A DNA stretch of 64,000 bases from Daphnia carinata (taxonomy: Eukaryota), in NCBI RefSeq assembly GCF_022539665.2, contig NC_081334.1, forward strand, positions 1,426,001 through 1,490,000, written 5' to 3'. Below the pieces are notes generated by a model. That model had not been told where the DNA came from and did no database searches. It worked only from the letters and a program-made list of their open reading frames with translations. Positions 12,418-64,000 of this stretch are shown here, one piece after another; position 1 is the stretch's first letter, and every line of letters begins with the position of its first letter. Position numbers and translations under genes: made by a program.

Positions 12418-12883
12418 CAAATCTATGACTCTGGCTATGGCTTGTAGATGCAGATAGTCAGTTACAATTGAACTTTTGAAGATTTGAATTGGCATTCATG
12501 GTGGTATATATTTATTTTTACATAGTCATGAACAATCAACACTACACTACATTGATGCGCCATTTTCCAGTTTTGGCAACACGTTATCCACTGAGTTTCG
12601 ACAATTGTAATTTCTAAGCACGAAAAGAACATAAATACACACGACAAAATCACACTCTTTAATTAATGTTCATTTAGATGGCGCCAGATGGCAAAATTAC
12701 TGGATGACAAGATAACGACCATTTACGGCAAATCAGATATTTTTAGTAACGACAAACATCGATTTTCTTTCACCTACAATTATTTCTCATTTACGGCAAA
12801 TATGGAGAAGGCAAAACATTTCATCAGCTAAAACTAAAAAAAAGGCAAGACCTGGTAATTTTTTCTTCTTTTGCTTTTACTTG

Positions 12884-14553
<1,670 letters not shown>

Positions 14554-16839
14554 TTTCTTTGTGTTCTGTCACCAATGACTGTCTGCCGCTGGAAATGCAA
14601 TTCATTTGGAGTTCACAATATGTTGATTCTTGATTGGCAGTTCCATGACTGGAGGTAACAGAAAATTTCTCTGCCGGTGATACACTGCTATACAACGCCT
14701 AAAAGCAGTGTAAATAAGGCGTCCGTAGGCACCGCCACGAATGTTTTCAATTCAGAATTAACAGTGTTCAACAGTAATGACATTATACATAGCAATGCTA
14801 GTAAACTCTTGTTAAATCTGTTACTGTTAACCCAAAGAATGGTATTAGTATACAGCAAAACTATCCAGGCGTTGGCGTAAATATTAGTTTTATTTAGTTT
14901 CGTCCGAATTCACCGATAGAAACTACCAAAAAAGTCTCTAGCTTGACGATGCGCTGTTGCCGGCTAGCACTGGCCTTAACCGGCATGCAGCAGAGGCTCG
15001 TCTCGTAAAACTATTGCATCTTTTCATGCACTTTCTGATGGCGGTTTGGCGGTCTGGGCTGCCGTTGAACTGGAGCCGCGCATGCTAGCTCATCGCAACA
15101 TTATTAATCATGAACTTTAAATGCGTTGGTAAATAAGACATCAGCAACCGTAGCATCAATTTGGTTCCCGAAACGTATAGGTTGATATATTTGAAAGGAA
15201 ACATAATTCTTTGTTTTAATGAGATGTATCGGATTTGACTTCCTGCTATTGCATTTCTTCATTTTTGAAAAACCGAAATGGTTTACAATGGATCGAACTA
15301 GGTATGGCAGCCACACACTTACACAGCATTGTATACAAGAGCGGTGTATTCAATATACACTGATTAACGATGTAGAGAGAAAAAGAGACGGAAAGGCAGA
15401 CAAATGAAATAGCAAATGAAAGAACAGTTACTTTTTGGAGTCGGGTAGAGGGCTCCGCAATAGTTACAAACATTTGCATTTGCAACATGATGTGCATAAC
15501 ATTGCATTTATGAAATGATACCCAAACAATAAAAAAAAAATCGATTAAGAACAAAAGGAAAACTTGGCAAAATAGCAAAACAAAAAAAAATCGATAACTT
15601 CTGCTCGGTATCGAACATCGTTCATGTAGAAAAATAAGAATAATACTCCTGAAGCTAGGACCCCAAGGGGAACATACACAAGTATAGAAAGGAAAATATC
15701 GACAAATTAATGTTCGAATTGCTCAGATACGCAATGACATTGCACAACATCCCGCAACGGTGCGAGGTAGAACGCAATTCAAAACCGCGGACGTGATAAC
15801 AGTGGTATCAATTCCAATCGTCTCTATTAAACCGGTTCGTCAGTTTTAGCATATGTATCTTTATATTGTATATTGCGTGAGCGTCTTTATACATGTATAT
15901 GTAAGTAATAATTACTTTAGTATTTAAAAAATGCACATGAGACGTCAAACGCTCTCGCAGGATTCAGTTCGTGTCCGAATATGGTGTGTTTATTTCATTT
16001 CTTTTCGGTATTTAAAAAAAAAAATGAATATCCAATTTATTTTTAAAATAAGAATTGAAAAAAAAAAATTAAAATTTCTAGGCAAGCAAGCACTTTAAAT
16101 TGTGTGTGATGTGGCTTATTGTACAATTTTTACGTAATAATAGCGAAAAAAAGTGTCTGCAAGCACCTAGGCATCGATAAAGTTCGATGTCATCTTCTTA
16201 CAGGTCCTAAGTCCAAAAACAGCAAACAAATTGGCAAATAAAACAATAGTACAAAGGATTTGCTGGGCGAAGGAAATCTGTACATCAAAGAGTTCACGTT
16301 GAATATAACGAGCTCTGGGAGCAGCACCAAAATTGGTGTGCGGGTAGGGTATGGGAGGATTCGGTCATTCCGAAGGTTGACTACAATACAATAACAAATG
16401 CGGACTGTAATAGTATACAGATTGAAAACAAAAAGTCCTCCGAAACTGTACCGATGGACTCAAATTTCCAAACAGCTGGAAAACAACAAAGGTCAGCACT
16501 GATCATTAAGGCAAACCAGATGATTTTTTAATTTGTTTGGTTTGGTTTCTATGTTGTTGTTTTTTTTTTTGTTTGTATTTTTTGTTTATCATTATGATTA
16601 AATTTTTGGTTTTTTGGTTTTTTTTTTCATTTTTACTTGTGCAATTTCTTAACTGGATAGCAGGACTAACGTACGAAAGGGAAAGTCCAAAATCTTCTTA
16701 AAGGGCTGAACGGGCTGTCCAATTCAATAAAATTCACGTCCCCGTGTATCTAAATGCGTTGAAATGGATGTTTTGCGTAACTTTGTACGTAGCAATGATA
16801 GTTTTTTCCCCATTTTCCGGCGTGCTTTTTCTTTTTTTT

Positions 16840-54958
<38,119 letters not shown>

Positions 54959-55456
54959 TTTCCCAATCTGAAACGATAAGAAAGAAATGAATGAAACTCT
55001 CTAAATCAAATAGTGTCTTGAATATCGATCCATTATATATGTGTGTAACGAGCTCTTTGAAATGCAAAACGATCGGGATGAACCCTTTGAAATGTTCTTC
55101 TTTTCTTTAAAAAACAAAACAAATAAAAAAAAAAATAATAATAAATGCAGATCAAATATGCGAACGTGGGTCCGTGGGTCCGGTTGGCTGCTAACGAAGT
55201 AAACCAAGTGCCCGATGTGCAGACAAATGAGGCAAAGAGTTCCCCCCCCCCCCCCCCCTTTTTAGCGGATTATTAATTAATCCTCCTTCTCTTTCCACTC
55301 CAATGAAACAAACAAAAAAAAAAAAAAAAGGGGGAAAGCGTCTGTTACGTGCGATACACAACGAATAATCCTAGAACTCTTCAACCACTTGATCATTTCA
55401 CGTGAAAGAAAAGCGCGCATCAATCATCCGCAAAATTAAACATCCGTCTTTAAAAT

Positions 55457-55490
<34 letters not shown>

Positions 55491-56154
55491 AGCGTCGTCG
55501 GTCGCAACTGCTACAACGTGATAAGCACCCGAGAAAAAAAAAAAAACTAAAATGGTACGTTCATGTAAAACTATGTCAACGGTCGGATGCGGTGAAGGAT
55601 GGAACAAATAAGAAGCGGCATACTTGAATGGAGCCAATGTCGAAATTGGACGCTTCCGAAGACGGAGTTAAAATGGGAGTCAACGGCGCCTTGTCTTCCA
55701 TTCCATCCACAAACGTGATCTCAATTGCAACTCGATTTTTGTGAATAAAAACGAAGGCGAAAAAAAAAAAAAAAACTGGCCGAAATGCAAATAACCAAAC
55801 GCTTTTTACGACATGGCTCTCCCCGTGTTCGATTTCAGCGCAAACAAAAACAAACAAACAAAACAAAAACACTCGACACAGCGACACGCGAAAAGGGAGG
55901 AAACGTCAACGATCAAAAGATGCAAGAAAGACAAAAAAAAAAAAAAAAATGATGCCGTCCTGCTCGATACCACCGGCTCGACTGGAGTGCTGATGGCACG
56001 GGCCTTTTATCATCATACCCTCCCCCCCCCCCCTTCTCCCTATAAAGATGTGCAGCAGCACAGACGGACGGATTGTCTTGCGCAGAAAGACGTCGTCTCT
56101 CTCCCCCACTCGATGTCTTCGAACGAGTATTTGTTTTCTTTTTGTTGACACACA

Positions 56155-56198
<44 letters not shown>

Positions 56199-59100
56199 CA
56201 CACTCTCCGTTTATACAGTCTGCGCGTAGAGGCAATACACATGTTGGCATGGATTTGAATGGTACTTTGCATAATGCGACACACCCGTGTACTCCGTGTG
56301 TGGCGTTCTTCATAATCATGATCGTTGTAATGTATTTTTTTTATTTTTATTTTAACGGAAATCACGCGGGAAAATGTGGGGCGTTAAAGGTTATACGCCT
56401 ACGATGAATCGCAACTGTTTGCACGCGTAATCGGAGCAACGAGGGAAATACGAACTGTAAACGAACTCGTAAGCCATGTTATGTGTTTTCATACCGGACG
56501 TCGTAATGACGGGTGAATTTACTTATCTAGATAAAGACAAATAAAATAAAATAAAAAAAAAGCCTTTCACATTATGGAACAATTTCAAGATTGGTGAAAC
56601 GCATCGTCGGATTAACAATTTTGATAATCACGCGGTTCGATAAGGGTCTAGAATTCCACCTCCCCCTCCCAGAAAAAAAAACAAACAAAAACAAGCAATG
56701 ATAAATATTATCAACGTCCACCTCCGCCCTTCCAATGAATTGCACAAGATTTCCCATGTTAGACGATCTGGATCAACTATCCCACCCTAAGTTAGTGCAA
56801 GTTAATTCAAGATCCTTTGCGCCATTTACAGATCGAGTTACATAAATTGGACACATTTTTATTCGAAATAATCGCATTGATCACGATGTGTCCTCAATGT
56901 CTAATATAGCAGAATAAGGTAGTCGATCGTAAAGTGCAGTTACACGAGAAAAAAAAAAAAATAATGGCGTGAATCGGATGGACGTCTTCTATATTTTTAC
57001 CGCTCTAGGATATAGTGGTTTGATCCCCGGGACAAGATCTCACAGCCATACCCAATTTTGCTATGAGCTTCGAATTCCACGCCCCCCCCTCCCTTCCTCC
57101 CCATATCATTTTTCGTCCAGAGATGTTATTGCACATATTATTATAGAGGCCTAATATAAAACAAAACAAAAAAAAAAAGACTTCAAAGCTCAGCAGCTTC
57201 TCCTCCAGTTGCTAACAGGCAACGCGTTTTTGCTCAGTTTTTTTTTCTTCTTCTTTGAATCGTTTATAAAAAAAAAAAAAAAAAAAAAGGATCGAAGTTT
57301 GCTCACTTCCAAACTCAATTTGATTCTTTCCTCCATTTTCACAGACGTCCTCAGCGCCCGCACAACTGGGATCCAATAATAATAAAAAAAAAAAAACAGC
57401 CAATCCTTCAAGTCGCAGTGCCATGTCATTACGGCGTATCTCTTTGCCATTAACGCGGAACGTGAGGCGAATGTTGCCGCGGCCCGGCACATCGAGAGTT
57501 GGACAGCGCGCTGCTTTTCAACGAAAGTCTCCTGTACAGTTTCACTTTAACGTTTCACCCCCCCCCCGTACCTCCCCCCCCCCAGTCCGCATGATAAATG
57601 GACGCCCTTTTCCAGCAGCTGAAGGCCACATTTATTTTTCTAAGCAAGTTCGCAAACGCCGATGCTATCCGCAGTTTTCTCAGGAGGAATCGATCCCCAG
57701 TTTGCCAACGGACTCGCTAAAAACTCTGTAATCTGTTTATCCGACTTGGGACATCAACTAGAATTAAACGAATACCCGTCAAAGGCTATCTGAGATTCGC
57801 CTTTTTTTTTTTTTCTGACAGTGTTGCCTAGTCAGATTCGCTTCGTTGGATTATTTTTCTGCCGTCCATCCGGCCACAGGAAACGCTAAGCAACGGTGCA
57901 AAAATAAAAACATAACTACGGACACTTTTCTTTCTTGGAAATTTAATTCCATCGCGATTGATGTTTGGGAGGGGGTGGTGGGGGAGGTCATCGAGTCTTA
58001 AGGACTGCAATCACCGCAATGTCCTCTTTGAACCTTTTCCTTTTTCCAGCCATGTCTCTGTGGGATATAAATGACGTCCTACTAGCCGTACAATATCCTT
58101 TAAAAGGACGCATCGTCAAAATGTCTTAGTGCGAATCCAACGCAAATCGTTGCACAACGAAGCGCCAATGGCATGCCCATTTCGGCAAAGCGATCCGCCT
58201 GATCTCGTTACGAGGCCTCTCTCGCACTGACAACAATGAATAAATCACGCGGCTAACACTATGTGCCATCCGCAGCGTGCGGCCCCGGCACTCACAATTT
58301 CAACATCAAAAAGCTGTTTTTTGAATTTTGTTTTCTTTCCTTTTTTATTCTCGACGCGCTACACGAGAATGCCGGAAGCTAACGCATGATTTACTACGTA
58401 ATTACATTGAAATTTCGCCGCACAAAAAAAAAAAAAAAAAAAATGGCGATCAATTGAATGTAGGGGAATTGAATCGCTTACGATGAAATTCTGTAACGTT
58501 CGTCGAGAGGAAGACGGCAGCAGCCAATGATATCTAAACAGTTCAATCATCTGTACGCCCACACTGACAGTTTGGCTATCGCACGTCGTCCTATAAAGAT
58601 AATGCGATTTTTTGATAGAACGGCAGGGAGAAAGAGAAGGGAAAGGGAAAAAAAAAATCGATCGCTGAAGGAGGAGGAAATTGTATAAGGTCGTCGTGCA
58701 AAGAGGAATTTGAATTTTTGCTTTTCGTTCAACTTTCGGGGAAAAGTAAGCCGACTAGACGCTTCGGCTAAAGAGGCGCAGCAGTAGGTTTTTTTTATTG
58801 CATCGAACGGATGGATGCCTCCACCACCCCCCACCAAAAAAAAAAAAAAAAAAAAAAAACTTTTGAATTGCTACCGCGTTCGCTATATCGTCTAAAAAAT
58901 ATCGGCCAGGATACGCTTGTCCGCAGCATTTTGATTTTTTTTTTAAATAAGAAAGTTAAACAGGCCAAACGAATCCTTGTTTCGCCATCTTTTTTTTTTT
59001 TTTTTTTTTTTTTTACCATGTTTACACACTCGAGTTTTATCCGCCCCTACAACATCCATTCATATCGCCGGCTAAATTCAGTTAAAGACAATCGTTAAAA

Positions 59101-59860
59101 AAAACAACTTCAAACAGCCAACGGCGATGTGACCATGATTTGCGTAGAGAGCCGTTGTCATCGCAGCCGAAGCGGTAGACGATTCAAAACCGCTCGTATG
59201 TAAGACGACTGCAATCGGAATGTAACGTGTCGATTTAAGCGGAGTAGCGCGTTTCAAACTTCTCAAAAAAAAAAAAAAAAAAATCTCGCTTTGTTTGTTT
59301 GTTTTTATTATCATCCAACCTTTAAAAATTGTCAAGTGCGTTTCATTTTCAAGAATGTTCGCTTGCTATATGCGGCTGTCCTTTTTATCCTGGACAAACA
59401 ACCTCAAAAACGCTCCTAGATGTACATAAAAAAAAAGGCCCTTCACCAGGGGCGACTAGCATTGACGCACGAAAAAAAAAAATAAATAAATAAATAAATA
59501 AAAAATAGGGACGGCAAGTACAACAAATTCCATCGTCCACAGTGTCAGTATAAGAGGGCTGGATGCCTGTCCGGAACGTATATAAATATATATAAAAGAG
59601 GCAATCCAAAAAAAAAAAAAAAAAAAAAAAAAAGACAGGAATTTCATGTTCCAGTTTGTATATACAACTGAGCATCCAGCGGTCAAATTGCCTCGTAGAT
59701 GTATACATAACAACATGTCTATCTCTTTCGCGAACCAACATTTTCTTCTATATTCGGTAGCGCATAGACGTGCGCCACCATTAAAAAAAACACGCACACA
59801 GACACGACCAACCACAATTTTCTTTCACGAAAAACAAAACAAAAACGAAACGAAATGTTA

Positions 59861-59892
<32 letters not shown>

Positions 59893-60713
59893 CGTGCAAG
59901 TTGTCTTTTTATTCATTCGAGTCTAGACTATTACGTCGTAAATCTGCTGCCATTGCAGAACGAATAAATCAAATAAGAGAAGAAATGCGAGTGAACATGC
60001 TACTGTTTTTCCCTTCCTTTCTTTCTTTCTTTGCTCGTGTTTCCCCACTTCTTTTCAGATTACTATCCTTCATATCTCACGCTGTAGAAGAGCACGTCTC
60101 AGTCATTTTTGTCTTTGTTACAAAGCTTCCCCCTTCTTTTGTTTCCCCCGGTTGGCATCCAAGTTTCATATGGACGCCCCGCATTCGATTGCGTTTGATG
60201 TGAGCAAAAAGCCGAAAGCGACAGCATTACAACATCAGCGCACACGCTCCCTAGCCAAACGCGTTCTGCGTTACGCACCGCTGATTGTTACAATATCCAC
60301 TCATTAGCGCGCGAAATGCGTTGCGATTAGGAGCGCATCCCTATTTAATGTCTACAATGGCTGCCGCCGTGAAAGACGATGGCGACATCTATCGTACGGC
60401 GCCAGTAAAACTCGTTTACCGACGCCTTGTTAGTTCTCGGTGAAGAAACCATCCACACAACCGATTGTCTATTAGCGGGTAACATAAAAAAATATATATA
60501 TATTATTGCGCTCCTCGGCAATCGACATTTCTTTTTTTTTGTAAGTAGCGATAGCTATTTGCAATTATTGCCCGCCGTCGTAATGAGCTCAGAAGAAGCC
60601 AAACAAAAACAAACAAAAAAAAAAATAAGACGGAAATCATTTTCATCTTGATCGCGATTCACCAGTAATACGTGATAGTAACGTAGATCCCCCACCCACT
60701 CTCCCTTAAAATG

Positions 60714-60746
<33 letters not shown>

Positions 60747-63002
60747 TACGAGTTGGATGTGCGATTCGCATCAACGACAGACGTTACGCCTACACTTGCT
60801 TCCTCTGTGGTCAGCACTCCATCAAGCTTGAAGGCCATCACGCAAGACATCGTGACGTATACATTTTTCCTTTTTTCGGAGGGCAACAACAAAAGAGACG
60901 AAATGCTGGCCGGAACTGCGGACTGCTCCATATACTCGATCGGCGGTACATCTGGACAGGAGCGATCGCTGAGCCAAGTTTTTGTTTGTTTATATATTTA
61001 TCAGCGCAAGACCTTTGCATTAGTTAAGATGCGGAATAGACGTGTAGTCTAGGTCTAGAATTTAATGCAGCGCTCGAACACGTCGATTGATGCCGCAACA
61101 CGCGCAAGAGGCGAGCACAATTCGAAGGGAAGCGCAAAATTGATGACTAATAATAAAATCTTTATGATCGGAATATGATTGCCCACACTCTGATTTGACG
61201 TGAATTCGATATCCTAACGACAGAAAGGACCCGCCAAAAGTGGCAGAGTCATCGTGAAACGGCGTATCCGGCCCAAAACTTTCCGATAAAAATCCAAATA
61301 TAGGGGGGAAAAAAGAAAAGAAAAAATGATCGTAAAACATTCGAGTAAATAAGAAAACCGTAAAGACGAAAAAAAAAAAGCAGCTTCGCAATGGAATCGG
61401 TGAATACGTATAACCGGCCTTTTGTTACACATCAATGACCCGCTAGAACTTTCTGTGCCCATTAATGGATAGAGTTGAAAGGCACGTAAGATGCATTCAA
61501 TGTTATTCCTTTCGCCAGGCATGTAGGCCCACACAACTTGTCGATTAGGGCTCCCCCCCCCCCCCACCCTCAATAGTTGAAATCTAACGGAAAAGTTTTC
61601 TTTTTTTCTTCTTCTTCTTCAACCCAACACACGGTAATCAGTGCAAAGTTCTGCCCAGCTATATCCGCACTCTTTTATGCCGGCCTTAAGAAAGAAAAAG
61701 AAAAAGAAGGGAATACACTAATAGAAAACGTGCGAGCAGTCCGTGAACGATCCATTATAGATTACATTAGTACAAAGCATCGTCAACATAACACGAAACT
61801 GCGTAGAAATAAAAAAAAAAAAAAAATATGATGAAGGCCATTAAATATAAAGGCCTTTACTTATTATGAGGAAAAGATGTATCAACGTTCGCGGTAAATT
61901 AGGTTATCAGCAAATAATGATAATAATAATAAAAAGGTTACACAAAGACGGCCCGTTTTTCTGATCGCGCGCCATACGAGTTAAGATTTTCGGGATATTC
62001 GGTGTTCCATAAACGCCCACGGTCGCAAAAAAAATTATTTATTGTCTATACATCCGGTGTGACGCAACAACAAAAACGTACCGACACTTTCTCCGCAATT
62101 TCCAGTGGTTTTACTGTTTGCCCAGCAATTATTCCCCCTCCCCCTTTCGCTTCGGTCCATTAACATCCAGTTAGTTTGTTTTGTTTTTCTTTACCCCATT
62201 GAATAAGCAGCTCCATAACTTGTGTGTTTTGTTATGGTCTTGTGCTCGCGTTTGGCCTACTTTTTTACGGTAAAAAAACAACAGTTTTTGGCTAAGACGC
62301 GCAATCAAAACGAGTTAGCGAGGGGGTTTCGTGGGTGGTGTTCAATCTTGACCTATTCTAACACCAAGGTCGAACGGAATATCAAACGGCACCGTTGAGA
62401 AGCATTAAAATTCACTGCGATTAAAAAAAGGGACACATGGAATACCCTCGATGGAATGTGCTGATGTGGTTTCAACTGTTTTGCGTGCACCGCCTGATAA
62501 ACGTGAGCAATAAAACATTGTTCGTTTTGTACTTTTTCTAAAGCAGTGCATTTCGGCGGCATTGCATCAGACACGCCCGTTCGTAACTCTTTCGACGTCA
62601 CAACCCGATTTCCCATCCTCGCCCACTTATGTCACAATGCCAGCAGTAAATGGCGAGTAAAAGTCGTCAAGTTACAACCACGGTCGCAAAGCAAAACAGA
62701 AAAACCTTGAAAGGGGCTGACGAGAATTGGATGTGCGTTAAGACAACGCACTTCGTAACGGGGTCGTTTGTCCATCACAGAAAATGGTCGTTTAATCGAA
62801 CCTTGTCTGACTTGATTTCGCTCGCCCTCGTAAACAAAACAATTGCTCTCGTTCCAATCCTAACTCGTTGCAACCTTGTGTTGACCGACACCGTTTAAAA
62901 AAAAAAGGGAAAATAACAATTGTCAAAAGAAAATGGGGGATTCACCGTAGTCGATTACACAGCGCGAGTCATAAAAATAAACTCATTTTTTAAAGACCCA
63001 TT

Positions 63003-63040
<38 letters not shown>

Positions 63041-64000
63041 ACAACCATTCCCTTCTCAAAATTTGGTTCAGGGATTTTTACAAAAAACGTTTCGCAGATG
63101 AATTTCGCATTTTTATTAAAAGGAAACCCGAGCCATAGATACGTCCTGTTTAAAAGCGAAACGGCAACCCAATCACACACACACACACAGAAATGTGTGT
63201 ACAGAATAGACATATCGATTTAGCAAACTCTATGACCTTACAGTTCCTTACATCCGTTTTCTTTTGGCTTCGGAGCCACTAAGACCTCCTACCCTCCCCG
63301 ACCGATATCGTCATCCCGCAGAAAAGGGAGTTACCCAAAATATTTTGGCACGTGACTCAAATATCAATCACGTACATCCTGGTCCAACAAAAACACATCC
63401 AGAGTACGCGACTTTCAATTGTTCTATGGAATTCCATCGAGAACTACGCACACACACCAACGCCTTTGTAACACCAATGGAGCCAATCCATATCGGGGAC
63501 AGGTTGGAAAACCCGAGAGAATCAGTGTCCAATTCATCGCCTACCGCCTTTATTATAAACACAGACTGCAGCAGCATCCCGCCCCCCTCTTTCAACTAAA
63601 AAATAAGAAAAAATGGTATAGTTTGATAAATCGGGCCGTATGCACACGCCCCTCGTGCGGCCCGGCCATTATTTCCCGTCTAGCGATCGTATATCCGGCG
63701 CAGGCATATAGACACCGCTGAGAGATGGATGAGCCCTCTGCCATTTCCTCTATATATAGTTCACATGTGTCATTTGCGGAAATTTTTTTTTTTTTTGCTT
63801 CTTCTTTCACAGCCCTTTAAAAAAGACAACAACAAAAAATGTATTCCTCTGTGCATGTTGGCGTGGGCGAGTCTAATAATTAGATTCAACACCCCATCCC
63901 ACCGAAGAAAAGCTATTCGCGTTATAATATCGTTAAGACGGCGCCCTCTTTGTTTCATGTTTGGCTTCGATCAGATTATTCGAAGCGTTAAGAGATTTAC

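Overview
Eukaryotic genomic DNA, probably arthropod. The ~60-80 nt GT-AG introns and homopolymer-rich large introns look Daphnia-like, but that is inference. Three spliced genes lie head-to-tail on the minus strand: Vps26 (CDS 10563-12177, 6 exons, 371 aa), LKB1/STK11 (12884-14553, 7 exons, 416 aa, ending RKLSACKQS) and a novel-type protein kinase C of the delta/theta class (16840-54958, 16 coding exons, 736 aa). All exon junctions were read by hand and their phases add up. The PKC locus has two notable features. (i) It has a pair of identical-length (139 nt), apparently mutually exclusive exons encoding the catalytic loop/DFG/activation loop, one reading DMG instead of DFG. (ii) It has an internal 1276-nt Ser/Pro-rich exon whose phase fits the second half of C1B, predicting an isoform with no C2 domain, pseudosubstrate or intact C1 domain (PKM-like). 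The first ~9.4 kb has no recognisable intact gene. It contains a 12-bp minisatellite, a tRNA-like relic, a palindrome, and a ~350-nt hairpin-packed element (7869-8219) closed by terminal inverted repeats and carrying CUUCGG loops. No tools were used; family assignments rest on motif recognition.
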